IMG/VR virus record: IMGVR_UViG_3300044675_001378
Length of the DNA stretch: 64,000 nucleotides
Strand: one strand, 5' to 3'
Source: an uncultured virus (IMG/VR IMGVR_UViG_3300044675_001378)
Taxonomy: Duplodnaviria; Heunggongvirae; Uroviricota; Caudoviricetes
Shown here one piece after another: positions 45,900 to 55,138 of this stretch. The notes under the pieces are model-generated. The model worked only from the letters and a program-made list of their open reading frames with translations. It ran no database searches and had not been told where the DNA came from. The position numbers and the translations under genes are program-made. Position 1 is the first letter of the stretch. Each line of letters begins with the position of its first letter.

Positions 45900-46082
45900 T
45901 TACGCGAACAGGTCGAGTTGCTTTTCGTCGCGGACGGGGTATTCGTTGATAACGGCGAGGCGGCAGAAGCGGGAGTACAACTCAAACTGAACGTCGAGCG
46001 GGAAGCCCTCTGCTGTCCAGATGTTGTCGCAGTGCAAGATCAACTCGCGGTTGCTCAGGCTTGAAGGTTGTAGTGTTGACAT
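45900..46082 (-). CDS. small protein ending in QLDLFA (clamp-binding motif)
   Basis: 60 aa from MSTLQPSS; overlaps HTH gene end. Confidence 0.6.
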   Translation of the reverse strand: MSTLQPSSLSNRELILHCDNIWTAEGFPLDVQFELYSRFCRLAVINEYPVRDEKQLDLFA

Positions 46083-46333
46083 ATTTTTTTCCATGCCTCG
46101 TCGGCAGAGCGTGAAGTTTGAAGGAATTTGAGCAGCGTTTCTACGCGGTGCTCGTACGCAGGAAAGATGTCTCCGCCTGCGAACCAGTTGTATGCGGTCT
46201 GGCGTGTAACGCCTAGCGCTTTGGAGATGCGAACGACAGAGAAGTCGTGGTGAACTGCCCAACGTCCGAGCTGATTGCCCGGAGTCTTCGGCGCACGCAT
46301 AACCATGTCGATTGTTTTTTGTGAGTAAGCCAT
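46055..46333 (-). CDS. Cro/XRE-like HTH regulator
   Basis: SVVRISKALGVTRQTAYNWF. Confidence 0.75.
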   Translation of the reverse strand: MAYSQKTIDMVMRAPKTPGNQLGRWAVHHDFSVVRISKALGVTRQTAYNWFAGGDIFPAYEHRVETLLKFLQTSRSADEAWKKICQHYNLQA

Positions 46334-46343
46334 AGTGTTCTTA

Positions 46344-46442
46344 AAGGTGGGGGTACTCGCTGCGTCTGTGCCTTACTGGTTATTGCCACAATTCCCTGTT
46401 ACGGGTCAGAGGCATCACAGCATCCGCTTTCCCCCCGAAACT
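46344..46442 (-). ncRNA. structured RNA element, copy 1 (G5/C5 stem with GAA/AGUA loop)
   Basis: AGUUUCGGGGGGAA...AGUACCCCCACCUU ends shared with 47041..47127. Confidence 0.55.
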
Positions 46443-46445
46443 TAC

Positions 46446-46730
46446 TTAGGTCTTGGCAGGGAACAGTTGGGCCAGCACAGCCTCATACTGGGTCTTGCGG
46501 CGCTCCAGCAGCGCTACCTTGTCCAGCTTGTCCAACAGGCTCGGGAAGTTGATGTCTTCCTTGGCGCACTGCTCTTGGATGTCTGCCTCAAGGCGAATGA
46601 GTTCATCGTCCAGCTTGGCCATCTCTAGCTCAGCTTGGCTGCGAACCTTGCGTGCTCGGATGGGTGCCAGTGCTTCGGACAGTTTCTCCTTGGACATGGC
46701 GATGATTTCTGCGAATGGTTTGAGTTTCAT
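46446..46730 (-). CDS. coiled-coil hypothetical protein
   Basis: 94 aa; AGGAG RBS. Confidence 0.75.
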   Translation of the reverse strand: MKLKPFAEIIAMSKEKLSEALAPIRARKVRSQAELEMAKLDDELIRLEADIQEQCAKEDINFPSLLDKLDKVALLERRKTQYEAVLAQLFPAKT

Positions 46731-47026
46731 AATGTTTCTCCTGTGAGTAAAAGTTTGTTGTCTGGTTTGTTGAGGAATGCCAACGGGCTTTTTGGATCGT
46801 GTTTTGGTTTTTGGCTCTGTTCCTGACTCATCTGACCGAAAAGTGCTTGGCCTCCCTGTATGTGCCCGAAGCCTTGTTGCACGTACATCTGCTGCTGCTG
46901 TATGAGTCGGCGGTAGTCTTCCTCTTTCATGTGGCGAAGCTGCATCTCACGCTCGTGCTCGTACCTCTCTCGCTCAAGATATACGTCACGGTTGGCATCG
47001 TAAAGCTGGTTCGTTGTTACTGCCAT
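46727..47026 (-). CDS. Gln-rich hypothetical protein
   Basis: 99 aa; AAGGAG RBS; coupled to next gene. Confidence 0.7.
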   Translation of the reverse strand: MAVTTNQLYDANRDVYLERERYEHEREMQLRHMKEEDYRRLIQQQQMYVQQGFGHIQGGQALFGQMSQEQSQKPKHDPKSPLAFLNKPDNKLLLTGETL

Positions 47027-47040
47027 GTCTTTCTCCTTGT

Positions 47041-47127
47041 AAGGTGGGGGTACTGACGGTGCTCTCCTTGTGACGGCACCAGTTTATTGGTAGAGAGCGA
47101 GGCGACTCCCGCGTTCCCCCCGAAACT
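47041..47127 (-). ncRNA. structured RNA element, copy 2
   Basis: same terminal motifs; internal GCUCUC/GAGAGC and ACCA/UGGU stems. Confidence 0.55.
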
Positions 47128-47129
47128 AA

Positions 47130-48101
47130 TTATTCGTCATCCCAGTCGGCAACGACATCGGCCAGCGCTTTCTTGCCGGGCACAGCCGTTGGCTTTGCCG
47201 CTGCTGCCTTCTTCACGACTGGCTCTTCGTCTTCCTCGGGCGCTTCGACCACTGGGGCTGGCTTGGCCTTGGCTTTAGCCTTGGGGGCTGGTGCGGGGGC
47301 TTCGTCTTCCTCGGGCTCTTCGACCACTGGTGCGGCCTTGGCCTTCGGCGCTGCACCCTTGAGCGCATCAGCAGGCTTGCCCATGTCCATACCAGTGGAG
47401 TCCATCGTGATGGCTTTCTTGGCTTCGGCGGTGTCGCCCTGCTTGGTGGCTTCAGCGAACTCGTCATCAGTCAACCAGCGCATGGCCTTGAAGAACAGCT
47501 TGGGGGACTCGCTGGCAGTGTCGAACTTCATGCGGGTCACAACAGTGCTCGGGTCAACGCCTTGGGCCACGAGCCAGCGTGCGTACGCTTGCAGTGGGCG
47601 GTTGTCGCCTTCGTCCTTACCGAAGATCGAGGTGGCTGGCAGGGATAACTGCATCACATCGCCTTCGATGTTGTTGGCCAAGACGACTGCCAAGCGCTGC
47701 TGGTAACGGCAAGCGCGGGTATTGCCAGTACCGGAACCGGCCACGTTCTGTGGGCAGGCTGCGCAGGTGTCGGACTGTTTGTTCTTGCTATTGGAGTCTG
47801 GTGTGTCGCCATCGTTGGACTGACAGTCAGGTTTGGCGGCGGTTGCGTCCTTGTCGTACTTGGCGGCGTAGAACACACGGGCCACTTTCGGTGCGGCCTT
47901 GACGATCACCACATCGAGGAAGCGCTCATCGACTGCTGCGATTTCTTTGCCGTCAGAGATCAGACGGAACACGCCACCTTTGATCGACACGCGTTTGCCG
48001 CTGGCACCACCACCCGCAAGGGCTTTGGCAATGTCAGACATCTCGGCCTTGCGTGCGAAGGCGGGTACTTGGGCGGGGTTAAACAGAGCTACATTACTCA
48101 T
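47130..48101 (-). CDS. putative single-stranded DNA-binding protein
   Basis: 323 aa in replication module; C..CP.N..GS..ACR core, flexible A/P/E/K tail ending DWDDE. Confidence 0.6.
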   Translation of the reverse strand: MSNVALFNPAQVPAFARKAEMSDIAKALAGGGASGKRVSIKGGVFRLISDGKEIAAVDERFLDVVIVKAAPKVARVFYAAKYDKDATAAKPDCQSNDGDTPDSNSKNKQSDTCAACPQNVAGSGTGNTRACRYQQRLAVVLANNIEGDVMQLSLPATSIFGKDEGDNRPLQAYARWLVAQGVDPSTVVTRMKFDTASESPKLFFKAMRWLTDDEFAEATKQGDTAEAKKAITMDSTGMDMGKPADALKGAAPKAKAAPVVEEPEEDEAPAPAPKAKAKAKPAPVVEAPEEDEEPVVKKAAAAKPTAVPGKKALADVVADWDDE

Positions 48102-48112
48102 GGTCTTCTTTC

Positions 48113-48517
48113 TTACTTGCTTGGTTTGCGAACGGAAATATCGTACTCAGCGTTGGAGTTGAGTCCGGGTGGCAGAACGCCGGGGTTTTCTTCGAGGAAC
48201 TGCTTCATGTTGGTCTGAGCAATTCGTTTCTCGAACAGGTCGAGCGCGTCATGCTGCGTCACAAAGGTCTTGAACGAGTCCCAGTCCGTTGTTGAGTAGC
48301 GTGTCTTGATCGACATGACAACAGTGCCTTGCGGCGTGTTGACGGATGTGACGCCAAGCGCTTGCATCTGGTCTTTCATTGCATGCTTGATGTCGTCTTG
48401 CGTAGCCTTGAGCAACTCCACTTTCGTGTCGTACTCTCTGGTCAGGGTTTCGATTTCGCTGCGAATCTTTCGGTAGACCTTCGCTAACTTGTCGAGTGGT
48501 ATGACTGTTGTAGTCAT
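48113..48517 (-). CDS. conserved replication-module hypothetical protein
   Basis: 134 aa; DWDSF..F, PPGLN. Confidence 0.75.
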   Translation of the reverse strand: MTTTVIPLDKLAKVYRKIRSEIETLTREYDTKVELLKATQDDIKHAMKDQMQALGVTSVNTPQGTVVMSIKTRYSTTDWDSFKTFVTQHDALDLFEKRIAQTNMKQFLEENPGVLPPGLNSNAEYDISVRKPSK

Positions 48518-48537
48518 GGGCTTCTCCTATTTTTGTT

Positions 48538-48553
48538 TGTCTAAGGTTGGACA
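48538..48553. promoter_or_regulatory. TGTCYA-N4-TRGACA palindrome site 2
   Basis: tgtctaaggttggaca, abutting -10 of the promoter below. Confidence 0.6.
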
Positions 48554-48580
48554 GTGTACACAGGTTTCTGGTCTTTGCAA
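48553..48580 (-). promoter_or_regulatory. candidate sigma70-type promoter
   Basis: TTGCAA-N16-TACACT on - strand. Confidence 0.45.
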
Positions 48581-48585
48581 CTCCT

Positions 48586-50148
48586 TTATTTTTTAATTTC
48601 CATGTTGAACATCTCAGTCAAAAGTGAGTGACTGCTTACATTACTTTGCAAGGCTTTGAACATCTTCTTCTCGATGGGGCTACCCTCGATGTGAATGACC
48701 GTCACCTTGTCAGAGTTCTGACCCTTCCTGTCAGCGCGTGCAATGCACTGCACGTACTGCTCAACAGACATCAACGGTCCGTAGAACACCACAGTGTCCG
48801 CAGCAGTTAGGGTAATCCCGTGTGCCGATGCCTGCGGTTGCATCACAAGGACTCGCGGGTTGGCTTCGGTTTGAAAGCGCTTGATGATGTCAGCACGCTT
48901 GGGCGCTGTAACGCCGCCGTGTATGCACTCCGCGCTGATGCCCTTCTTGAGCAGGTGCGTGTGCAGCGCGTCAATGCTGGAGCGGAACAGCGCGAAGATC
49001 AGAACCTTGCGGTCAGTCTCCTCAAGGATTTCTTCAATGACGCTAAGCCTTGGGCTGGCATCAAACTCTACTACCTCGTGGTCGTCCGTGTAGGCCGCAC
49101 CACAACTGATCTGGAGCAGCTTGGACACGCTAGCTGCGGCATTGACCGCGCTGATTGTCTCCCCCGCCGCATGGATCATCATGCTGTCCTTGAGCAAGTT
49201 GTAGTACTTGGCCTGCTGCGGTGTGAGCGCCACTTCACGCGTCACGGTAACGACCGGTGGCAAGTCCAGACACTGCGCCTTGGTGAACCTGATGGCCGGT
49301 TGCAGCGCCTCATGCACGAGGTTCTTTGCGTCAGGCTTCGGTGCCCACTTGAACATGGTGATCTTGTTCATCACTTTGTCGCGCCATGCTGTGAAGAACT
49401 TCGGAACACCCTCCGGGTTCACCAGCTTGGCCAAGCCATACGCATCGACCGGAGACTGAGACGCAGGAGTTCCCGTCATCATCCACAAAAAAGTCTGGGG
49501 CTTGATGATTGTTGATAGGGACTTCCAGCGCTTGGTGCTCATGGTCTTGTACGCATTGGCCTCATCAACGATGACCAGATCAAACTTGCCGTTGGCCACG
49601 ATCTCACTGGCGATCAGGTTCAAGCCCTCGTAGTTGGTGATGACGATCTCGTAGTTCTTCTGGATCATCTCGATGCGGCGCGATGCTTGCGGGTGGTGGG
49701 CAATGATGGCCGAGCGGTGGATGACGCTGTTGCTGATGTCTCCCATCCAAGCGGACTGCATGATCGACAACGGGCACAGGATAAGCACGCGCCTGATCTC
49801 CCCACGCTGCATCAGATAGTCAGCCGCCCACAGCGCACTGAGCGTCTTGCCTGTGCCGGGTTCACTGAACACGAACGCCTTGCGGTTAAGCGTCAGGAAC
49901 GATGCCGTCTCGATCTGGTGCTCCATCGGCGTGTAGCGCCCGGGCCAGTCGTAGTTGCGTGTGATTGGCGATGGCAAGTTCTTGACGCCGAGGTTCTTGA
50001 GAACTCTGACTTCATCCAACCCCCAGAAAACTGCTACCGAACTTGATCCGTCATCGTGCTCTTCAACTACCTTGCTTCTCGGAATTACCCGATACTTCTC
50101 AGGGCTGCGCGTACGCAAGAGCAGCGCCTTGTTCTCGATGATTTCCAT
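48586..50148 (-). CDS. SNF2-family (SF2) helicase
   Basis: EPGTGKT, VIVDEA, MTGTP, SKLLQI, HGITLT, QCIARADRKGQ. Confidence 0.9.
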   Translation of the reverse strand: MEIIENKALLLRTRSPEKYRVIPRSKVVEEHDDGSSSVAVFWGLDEVRVLKNLGVKNLPSPITRNYDWPGRYTPMEHQIETASFLTLNRKAFVFSEPGTGKTLSALWAADYLMQRGEIRRVLILCPLSIMQSAWMGDISNSVIHRSAIIAHHPQASRRIEMIQKNYEIVITNYEGLNLIASEIVANGKFDLVIVDEANAYKTMSTKRWKSLSTIIKPQTFLWMMTGTPASQSPVDAYGLAKLVNPEGVPKFFTAWRDKVMNKITMFKWAPKPDAKNLVHEALQPAIRFTKAQCLDLPPVVTVTREVALTPQQAKYYNLLKDSMMIHAAGETISAVNAAASVSKLLQISCGAAYTDDHEVVEFDASPRLSVIEEILEETDRKVLIFALFRSSIDALHTHLLKKGISAECIHGGVTAPKRADIIKRFQTEANPRVLVMQPQASAHGITLTAADTVVFYGPLMSVEQYVQCIARADRKGQNSDKVTVIHIEGSPIEKKMFKALQSNVSSHSLLTEMFNMEIKK

Positions 50149-50163
50149 TGCTTCTCCATGTTC

Positions 50164-50397
50164 TTATTTGTTGTCGCCTTGATTGGCGCTCTTGCTGCGT
50201 AGTCGCGTGTTGCCCGGTATGGTCTTGCCACCTTTGCGCAGGGGCTTGATGTGGTCGATGTCCTTGCCTGCGCGGTCTACGCCCTTCTTGTCGTACGCCC
50301 GCCGTGCCTTCTGGCGTTCGTGTTGGTCTGAACTAGGGCCGGACTTGCCGGTTTCTAAATCGCGCTTGTACTCTTTCTTGTAGTCTCTGGTTGCCAT
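50164..50397 (-). CDS. small HNH endonuclease
   Basis: KDIDHIKPLRKGG...NTRL...N. Confidence 0.75.
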   Translation of the reverse strand: MATRDYKKEYKRDLETGKSGPSSDQHERQKARRAYDKKGVDRAGKDIDHIKPLRKGGKTIPGNTRLRSKSANQGDNK

Positions 50398-50400
50398 GAT

Positions 50401-51069
50401 TTACCTCTTAGTGTTGAACTCGCAGCCAGCGCAGGGGCACCAGCCGCAGAGCGGGGTTCGTGTGGGGTTCCACACATTGTTTGCTACTGACGCCTCAATC
50501 TTAGCGACTCGCTCCCGATAGCGCCACCACTCAGCTTCGGCTTCGTCAACCGTCATGCTGTGCTTGACCATCGAGTTCTTGACCACAAACAAAAGCGCAG
50601 AGTTAACCTTGCGTATGTGCGGGAAGTGCTTGAACACCATCAATGACATGAGGCGTAGCTGGTCGCGGTCTGGGTACTTGTCGTTGCCCGTCTTGTAGTC
50701 CACGACCCACGCTGTCATGTTCTCGTCGTCGATGATGAGCAAGTCGGCAATACCCCGCGCCCATGCGTCTTTGGACTTCCAATCGCACACCCGCAAGTCC
50801 TGAGTCAGCGCCATCTGAAGCTCGGCTATCTTGCGCCCGGGCTTGGCGAGCAGCGCATCGAGCGTGTCCTTGACGTACTCGAACTCAGGGGGGATGGGCG
50901 TGCCGTCAGCCACGTACTCTTCTGCGGCCTTGTGCAGTATCGTTCCGTAGCGCGTTGCCTCAGTCTCAACGAACGGGTACTTCTTGAGAATCTTGACTTC
51001 GTGGTAGCGGCGGGCGCAGCCCTCGTAGTCCTTGAGGGAGCTGTGGCTCCACGTTACTGGTTTGGTCAT
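50401..51069 (-). CDS. PD-(D/E)xK exonuclease (Cas4/RecB-like)
   Basis: WSHSSL..C, GTILH, GIADL, VVDYKTG, QL, CGWCPC..C. Confidence 0.85.
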   Translation of the reverse strand: MTKPVTWSHSSLKDYEGCARRYHEVKILKKYPFVETEATRYGTILHKAAEEYVADGTPIPPEFEYVKDTLDALLAKPGRKIAELQMALTQDLRVCDWKSKDAWARGIADLLIIDDENMTAWVVDYKTGNDKYPDRDQLRLMSLMVFKHFPHIRKVNSALLFVVKNSMVKHSMTVDEAEAEWWRYRERVAKIEASVANNVWNPTRTPLCGWCPCAGCEFNTKR

Positions 51070-51387
51070 TCAAAATCTCGCTGAGTTAATGGCCTTGGTA
51101 AGCCGGTGTGCAAACTCGGTAACAAACTTCTCGTCTCGGTTCAGCGTGTCACGCCCCATGTCGTGCAGGATTGCGTGGGTTACTTCGTGCCAGAACGACT
51201 CCTGTACTTGCGTCGGTGCGAATGGTTTGTGCGTCACATTACTGCGCCTGCCCAGCTTGATTGTCTGCGCCGTGTAGCTGATGCGTCCCATGACTCTCTT
51301 CTCAAGCATGGCCTCCACGATCTCGATTGAATACTGCTTGTTACCCACGCGCACCTTGCGCGGTATGGGTGCTTTGATTACTGCCAT
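51070..51387 (-). CDS. HExxH metallopeptidase-like protein
   Basis: FWHEVTHAIL...EKFV. Confidence 0.7.
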   Translation of the reverse strand: MAVIKAPIPRKVRVGNKQYSIEIVEAMLEKRVMGRISYTAQTIKLGRRSNVTHKPFAPTQVQESFWHEVTHAILHDMGRDTLNRDEKFVTEFAHRLTKAINSARF

Positions 51388-51893
51388 TACTTCTCCTTGC
51401 TTTCTAAGAATTCTTTGAATAGCGCATCCAACCCACCCTTAGCAAAGGTGGCTGCGTCGGCCTCCCACTCGGCTTTCTCGGTTTCGTAGCGGCGCATAAA
51501 CTCCTCCCACGAAATGGCGGGCTCTGGAATCGGCTCACCTTGTTCTCTTTCGTGCCAGTGTGCCATCACAAGCTCGACGTATTCTTTGTTCAGCCCGAAC
51601 GCTTCGGCAACCGTTTGCCAAACACCGTCCGCCGCTTGTGCAGCCGTAGCCGTCAGAAGGCTGTCAATCGGGGAGCCCTCTTCAAAATCCTCGGGTTCAT
51701 ATAAACGCGCCGCAAAAAGTCGCGCTTCATCTCGCACTTCACACCAATGTCTCGGCCCTGCTTTGTCAAAGTAAACGTGCATTGCGTCTCCAATATCGAC
51801 TTCGGCTTCGTCATCGTCGTACTCGTTTAGGCTCCAACGAATTATGGTTTCAAACACCTCGTCCTTATCTTGCTTGTGGTACGGTCTCTTCAT
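51387..51893 (-). CDS. acidic hypothetical protein (possible insertion)
   Basis: 168 aa; AGGAG RBS. Confidence 0.7.
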   Translation of the reverse strand: MKRPYHKQDKDEVFETIIRWSLNEYDDDEAEVDIGDAMHVYFDKAGPRHWCEVRDEARLFAARLYEPEDFEEGSPIDSLLTATAAQAADGVWQTVAEAFGLNKEYVELVMAHWHEREQGEPIPEPAISWEEFMRRYETEKAEWEADAATFAKGGLDALFKEFLESKEK

Positions 51894-51904
51894 CTGCTTC
51901 TCCT

Positions 51905-53875
51905 TTAATTCTTCGCCAAGCCATAACGCTTGTGTGCGCCTCCGTCAGCGGCCAGTGGTATGCCCGGCATGTACTTCGGCTCCATAGTCATCTGCGCCAA
52001 AACCCATGTTTTAGCGTCAGCAACGTCCTCATCAGGCACAACAGCAATCTGCTCGTCATGCACGGTTCCAGCCACGAAGTACCTCTTCGCGGTTCTCAGC
52101 ATCCCATCAGTCATCACGCATCTCGCTACGCCCTGCGTGACATTGTTGGTTATTTTTCCTGCATACAGTTTAGTCTCATCTGCGCCGTATGTCCACTGCA
52201 ACCTGCCTTTTTCATCTTTCCCCGGTTTCAGGTCAGGATATAGCAGGCTCATGCCAGAGGGCAGCACGATCTCCCCCTTCTTGAAGGTCACGCACTTGTG
52301 GGTGTACTCCTTGCCTTCGTACAGGCTGTACTGGATCAGGTGCCCGAACATGTTCCACAGCGCCACCACAGGCTCGGCAGTCAGGCGGTACTTGTCGATG
52401 ATGGCCTTGGCCGCGAGACAGTGGATGACCAACTCCGTCATGGTGCAGATGTGCGGTATCTCTTCGAGCTTCTTGAGGTTGTCATCCCAGTCCAAGAACT
52501 TCTCGGCGGTCTCGGCAGTCACTCCAAGCGTCTTGGCGAACTCCTTGGTGTACCTGACCGGCGGTGCCCCAAGGAAACCGACGAGTAGCTGAGCCGCAAA
52601 CGATGCCCAGCCAAGACCATAGCCGCACCCGAGTAGGGCCGATTTAGCAGACTGACGAAGGTCTGGATGCGACTCCTTGGTAAGCCCGGGAATGTTAAAC
52701 ATCTGGGAGCCGAAAGCGGCATAAGGGTCACCCCCTGCGCTGAAGATGTCGAGCATATTCCCGTAATCCGAAAGCCACGCGAGGACTCGCGGTTCAATCT
52801 GCGATAAGTCCCCCACGACGAGCTGGTGCCCCTCGGGAGCCATAATTGCTTTGCGTAGGAACGAGCCTCGTTTGAGGTTCTGCATATTGATGGCGCTGCC
52901 TTTGCTGGCCGTCCACCTACCCGTGCTGGCCCCGTAATAGCTGAGCGGGACCGGCAGCGCTCCGCGCTTGCTGATGTCGAGGAACCGCTGAGCACGCGTA
53001 CGTTCAGTAGTTGATTTGACCGCCAGTCTCGCTTCGCATAGATGCGCCACGTCTTCATTGGCTCCGTTGAGGAGGGCTTGGAACATAGCGTCATTTTTAG
53101 CGAGAGCAAGCGTGCTCTTGCCGGTTGTCTTACTGATTTTGCGCGGCGGCGGTATGCCGAGCGCTTCCAGTGCTTCTGCAAATTTAGGGTTCGATGCCAG
53201 TACAGCCTCGTCCACGCCGAGCCGATGTAGTAGTGCTTCACGTTTTTCCTTTTCTTCATGTAGTGCGTCAACCAGCATGGCGCTGTCAAGTTGTAGCACC
53301 GGGTTCGTGTACATCTTGAGCGTCATGTCTATAAGCCTAAGTTCCTTCGCTGGGTAGCCTCGTGATAGCCGTTGGAAGATTTGTTCGCATAGATATACGT
53401 CGTGTTTGCAATACTCTGCAAGTTCATGTTCCATGTTCGCGTCCAGCTCGGCCAGACCATCGGTACTGTATACGGCGGTCCCTTTGGCGGGAAGACCAAA
53501 AGCTGCTGCAAGTCGGGCGAGACTGTTGCCAACCTCAACGCCACGCAAAGCTCGCGCCATTGACAGGGTATCGAAGATGAAACAGGGGTGGGTGTCGTAC
53601 TCCCATCCAAGGATGGATACGTCGAACTGTGCGTTATGAGCAAGGATGGCGGTTCGTCCCCAGTCGTACTGCTGAAGGTACTCAGATAGGTCTCGTCCTC
53701 GTACCCACTCAATTGGCTCATCGCTTCCGTATACATGGACGCAAGCTCCGAACGCGTGGAATCTCTCATGGCGTATGTACTCCTCGGTTGTCATCATGGA
53801 CAGTGAGTAGCCGGTCTTGCGGTCCCACACTGTCTCAAAGTCAATGCTTACTATCTGGTCGTAGGGGGCGCTCAA
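51905..53875 (-). CDS. polA: DNA polymerase family A with 3'-5' exonuclease
   Basis: IDFET, HNAQFD, YCKHD; motif A DLSQIEPR, motif B RQSAKSALLGCGYG, motif C TVHDE. Confidence 0.92.
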   Translation of the reverse strand: MSAPYDQIVSIDFETVWDRKTGYSLSMMTTEEYIRHERFHAFGACVHVYGSDEPIEWVRGRDLSEYLQQYDWGRTAILAHNAQFDVSILGWEYDTHPCFIFDTLSMARALRGVEVGNSLARLAAAFGLPAKGTAVYSTDGLAELDANMEHELAEYCKHDVYLCEQIFQRLSRGYPAKELRLIDMTLKMYTNPVLQLDSAMLVDALHEEKEKREALLHRLGVDEAVLASNPKFAEALEALGIPPPRKISKTTGKSTLALAKNDAMFQALLNGANEDVAHLCEARLAVKSTTERTRAQRFLDISKRGALPVPLSYYGASTGRWTASKGSAINMQNLKRGSFLRKAIMAPEGHQLVVGDLSQIEPRVLAWLSDYGNMLDIFSAGGDPYAAFGSQMFNIPGLTKESHPDLRQSAKSALLGCGYGLGWASFAAQLLVGFLGAPPVRYTKEFAKTLGVTAETAEKFLDWDDNLKKLEEIPHICTMTELVIHCLAAKAIIDKYRLTAEPVVALWNMFGHLIQYSLYEGKEYTHKCVTFKKGEIVLPSGMSLLYPDLKPGKDEKGRLQWTYGADETKLYAGKITNNVTQGVARCVMTDGMLRTAKRYFVAGTVHDEQIAVVPDEDVADAKTWVLAQMTMEPKYMPGIPLAADGGAHKRYGLAKN

Positions 53876-54150
53876 TTAAATTTCTCCTTGGGTGGTGCGC
53901 CTACTGTGGCCATGAACGACGTCAGGTTGTGTGCGTAGTTAATCATGTTGGCAGCGGGTATCTCGTCACAGTTAACGGTACACATTGCGATCTGGTTGGT
54001 GTTGTCCCTGCCGAACAGCAGCACCGCCTCGTGGTCGTCATCTACAAAGCAGCGCACTATGCGGCTGATGAGGAGCTTGAGGTATTCCCGCTCGGCTTCG
54101 TCCAGCTCCCCGATTGCTCTGTCAATTTCTTCTCGTGTCATCTCATCCAT
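53872..54150 (-). CDS. hypothetical protein
   Basis: 92 aa, coupled to polA. Confidence 0.7.
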   Translation of the reverse strand: MDEMTREEIDRAIGELDEAEREYLKLLISRIVRCFVDDDHEAVLLFGRDNTNQIAMCTVNCDEIPAANMINYAHNLTSFMATVGAPPKEKFN

Positions 54151-54431
54151 TGCAGCTTCTCCCTTAGTTCCTGTATGTTTGTTTCGTTGACCACCATCGT
54201 CATGCCCCCTGCTGTGCGGATGGCGGCTAGCTCCCTGTCTTGCAGGGCCGTGGTGACTCCCTTACCTGCCTTGCACTCGATGGCAATGAAGCGCCCCCCG
54301 AAGCAGCAGATGATGTCCGGTATCCCCGCACGCCCGTAGCCATTGGCCGCAGGCGAGAAGTAATAGATACCGAACTCAACCAGCAGCTTACGCACTGCTG
54401 CCTTGACTTTGCCTTCGGGGGTTTGTGCCAT
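54138..54431 (-). CDS. VRR-NUC domain nuclease (resolvase-like)
   Basis: PEGKVK, GIPDII, IECKAG, LQ..EL. Confidence 0.85.
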   Translation of the reverse strand: MAQTPEGKVKAAVRKLLVEFGIYYFSPAANGYGRAGIPDIICCFGGRFIAIECKAGKGVTTALQDRELAAIRTAGGMTMVVNETNIQELREKLQWMR

Positions 54432-54646
54432 CAGATCACTTCTTTGAGTTTTTGCATATAGTGCTTGGCCTTGCCTGCGTCATCGCTGCCGTCCTTACGG
54501 CCAGCACGCATGGCGTACTTGATGATGTTGCCCTTGAGAAATCCTTGGAACTCCTCTGGGGTAAGCACCGCTTCCATCAGCGCCCACGGCTGGATGGGCA
54601 TGTCCTTGTAGTGGCTACCACTGACCTGTACTTCGTCTGCTTTCAT
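54431..54646 (-). CDS. DUF3310/SaV-like protein
   Basis: HYKDMPIQP, GFLKGNIIKY..RAGRK..D..KAKHY. Confidence 0.8.
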   Translation of the reverse strand: MKADEVQVSGSHYKDMPIQPWALMEAVLTPEEFQGFLKGNIIKYAMRAGRKDGSDDAGKAKHYMQKLKEVI

Positions 54647-54969
54647 TGGGCTACTCCTTTAGCTCGTTGTGCTTTGCTGTAAATGGTGAACTGCTTGGGC
54701 TTCAGCGCGATCAGGGCTTCTGTCTTGGTGGTGAACGGCACGGTGCCGTAGTTCGGGTTAGTCTCACGCACTCTCTCAACAGTCTTGGTTGACATTGTGC
54801 TGCGTTTGTAAGTCATGTCCTGTGTGACGGGCTTGTCGCCGCGCCTGCTTGCTTCTTCTACAACATAGCGCTTCCACTCGAACGCATTGGCGGGGGGCTT
54901 GGGGTTTAAATCTTTCAAAACAAAACATCCTTTGATGGGGTCATAACGGGACAGGGTGGCTATTGTCAT
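54643..54969 (-). CDS. hypothetical protein
   Basis: 108 aa, GGAG RBS. Confidence 0.65.
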   Translation of the reverse strand: MTIATLSRYDPIKGCFVLKDLNPKPPANAFEWKRYVVEEASRRGDKPVTQDMTYKRSTMSTKTVERVRETNPNYGTVPFTTKTEALIALKPKQFTIYSKAQRAKGVAQ

Positions 54970-55138
54970 CTACTTTCTCCTTGGTTTTCTTTGGGCGTCC
55001 GCGCTTCTTGTCGGGGATTACCCGCTCTTCGGTTGTGAATGTGTGGTCGTTAGCGCATCTGCGTCTGCGCTCTACAAAGCCGCCCAAGTTCTTTGTCTGT
55101 TCGACTGTCGTCCACTCGTTACAGGTTGGGCATTTCAA
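54941..55138 (-). CDS. NrdR-like zinc-ribbon protein
   Basis: TTG start after AGGAG; KCPTC..TTVEQTK..ERRRRCAN.HTFTTEE. Confidence 0.65.
   Translation of the reverse strand: MKCPTCNEWTTVEQTKNLGGFVERRRRCANDHTFTTEERVIPDKKRGRPKKTKEKVDDNSHPVPL

Noticed and set aside
50401..51069. cas4 as part of a CRISPR system
   Set aside because: Stand-alone PD-(D/E)xK exonuclease in the usual phage replication context.
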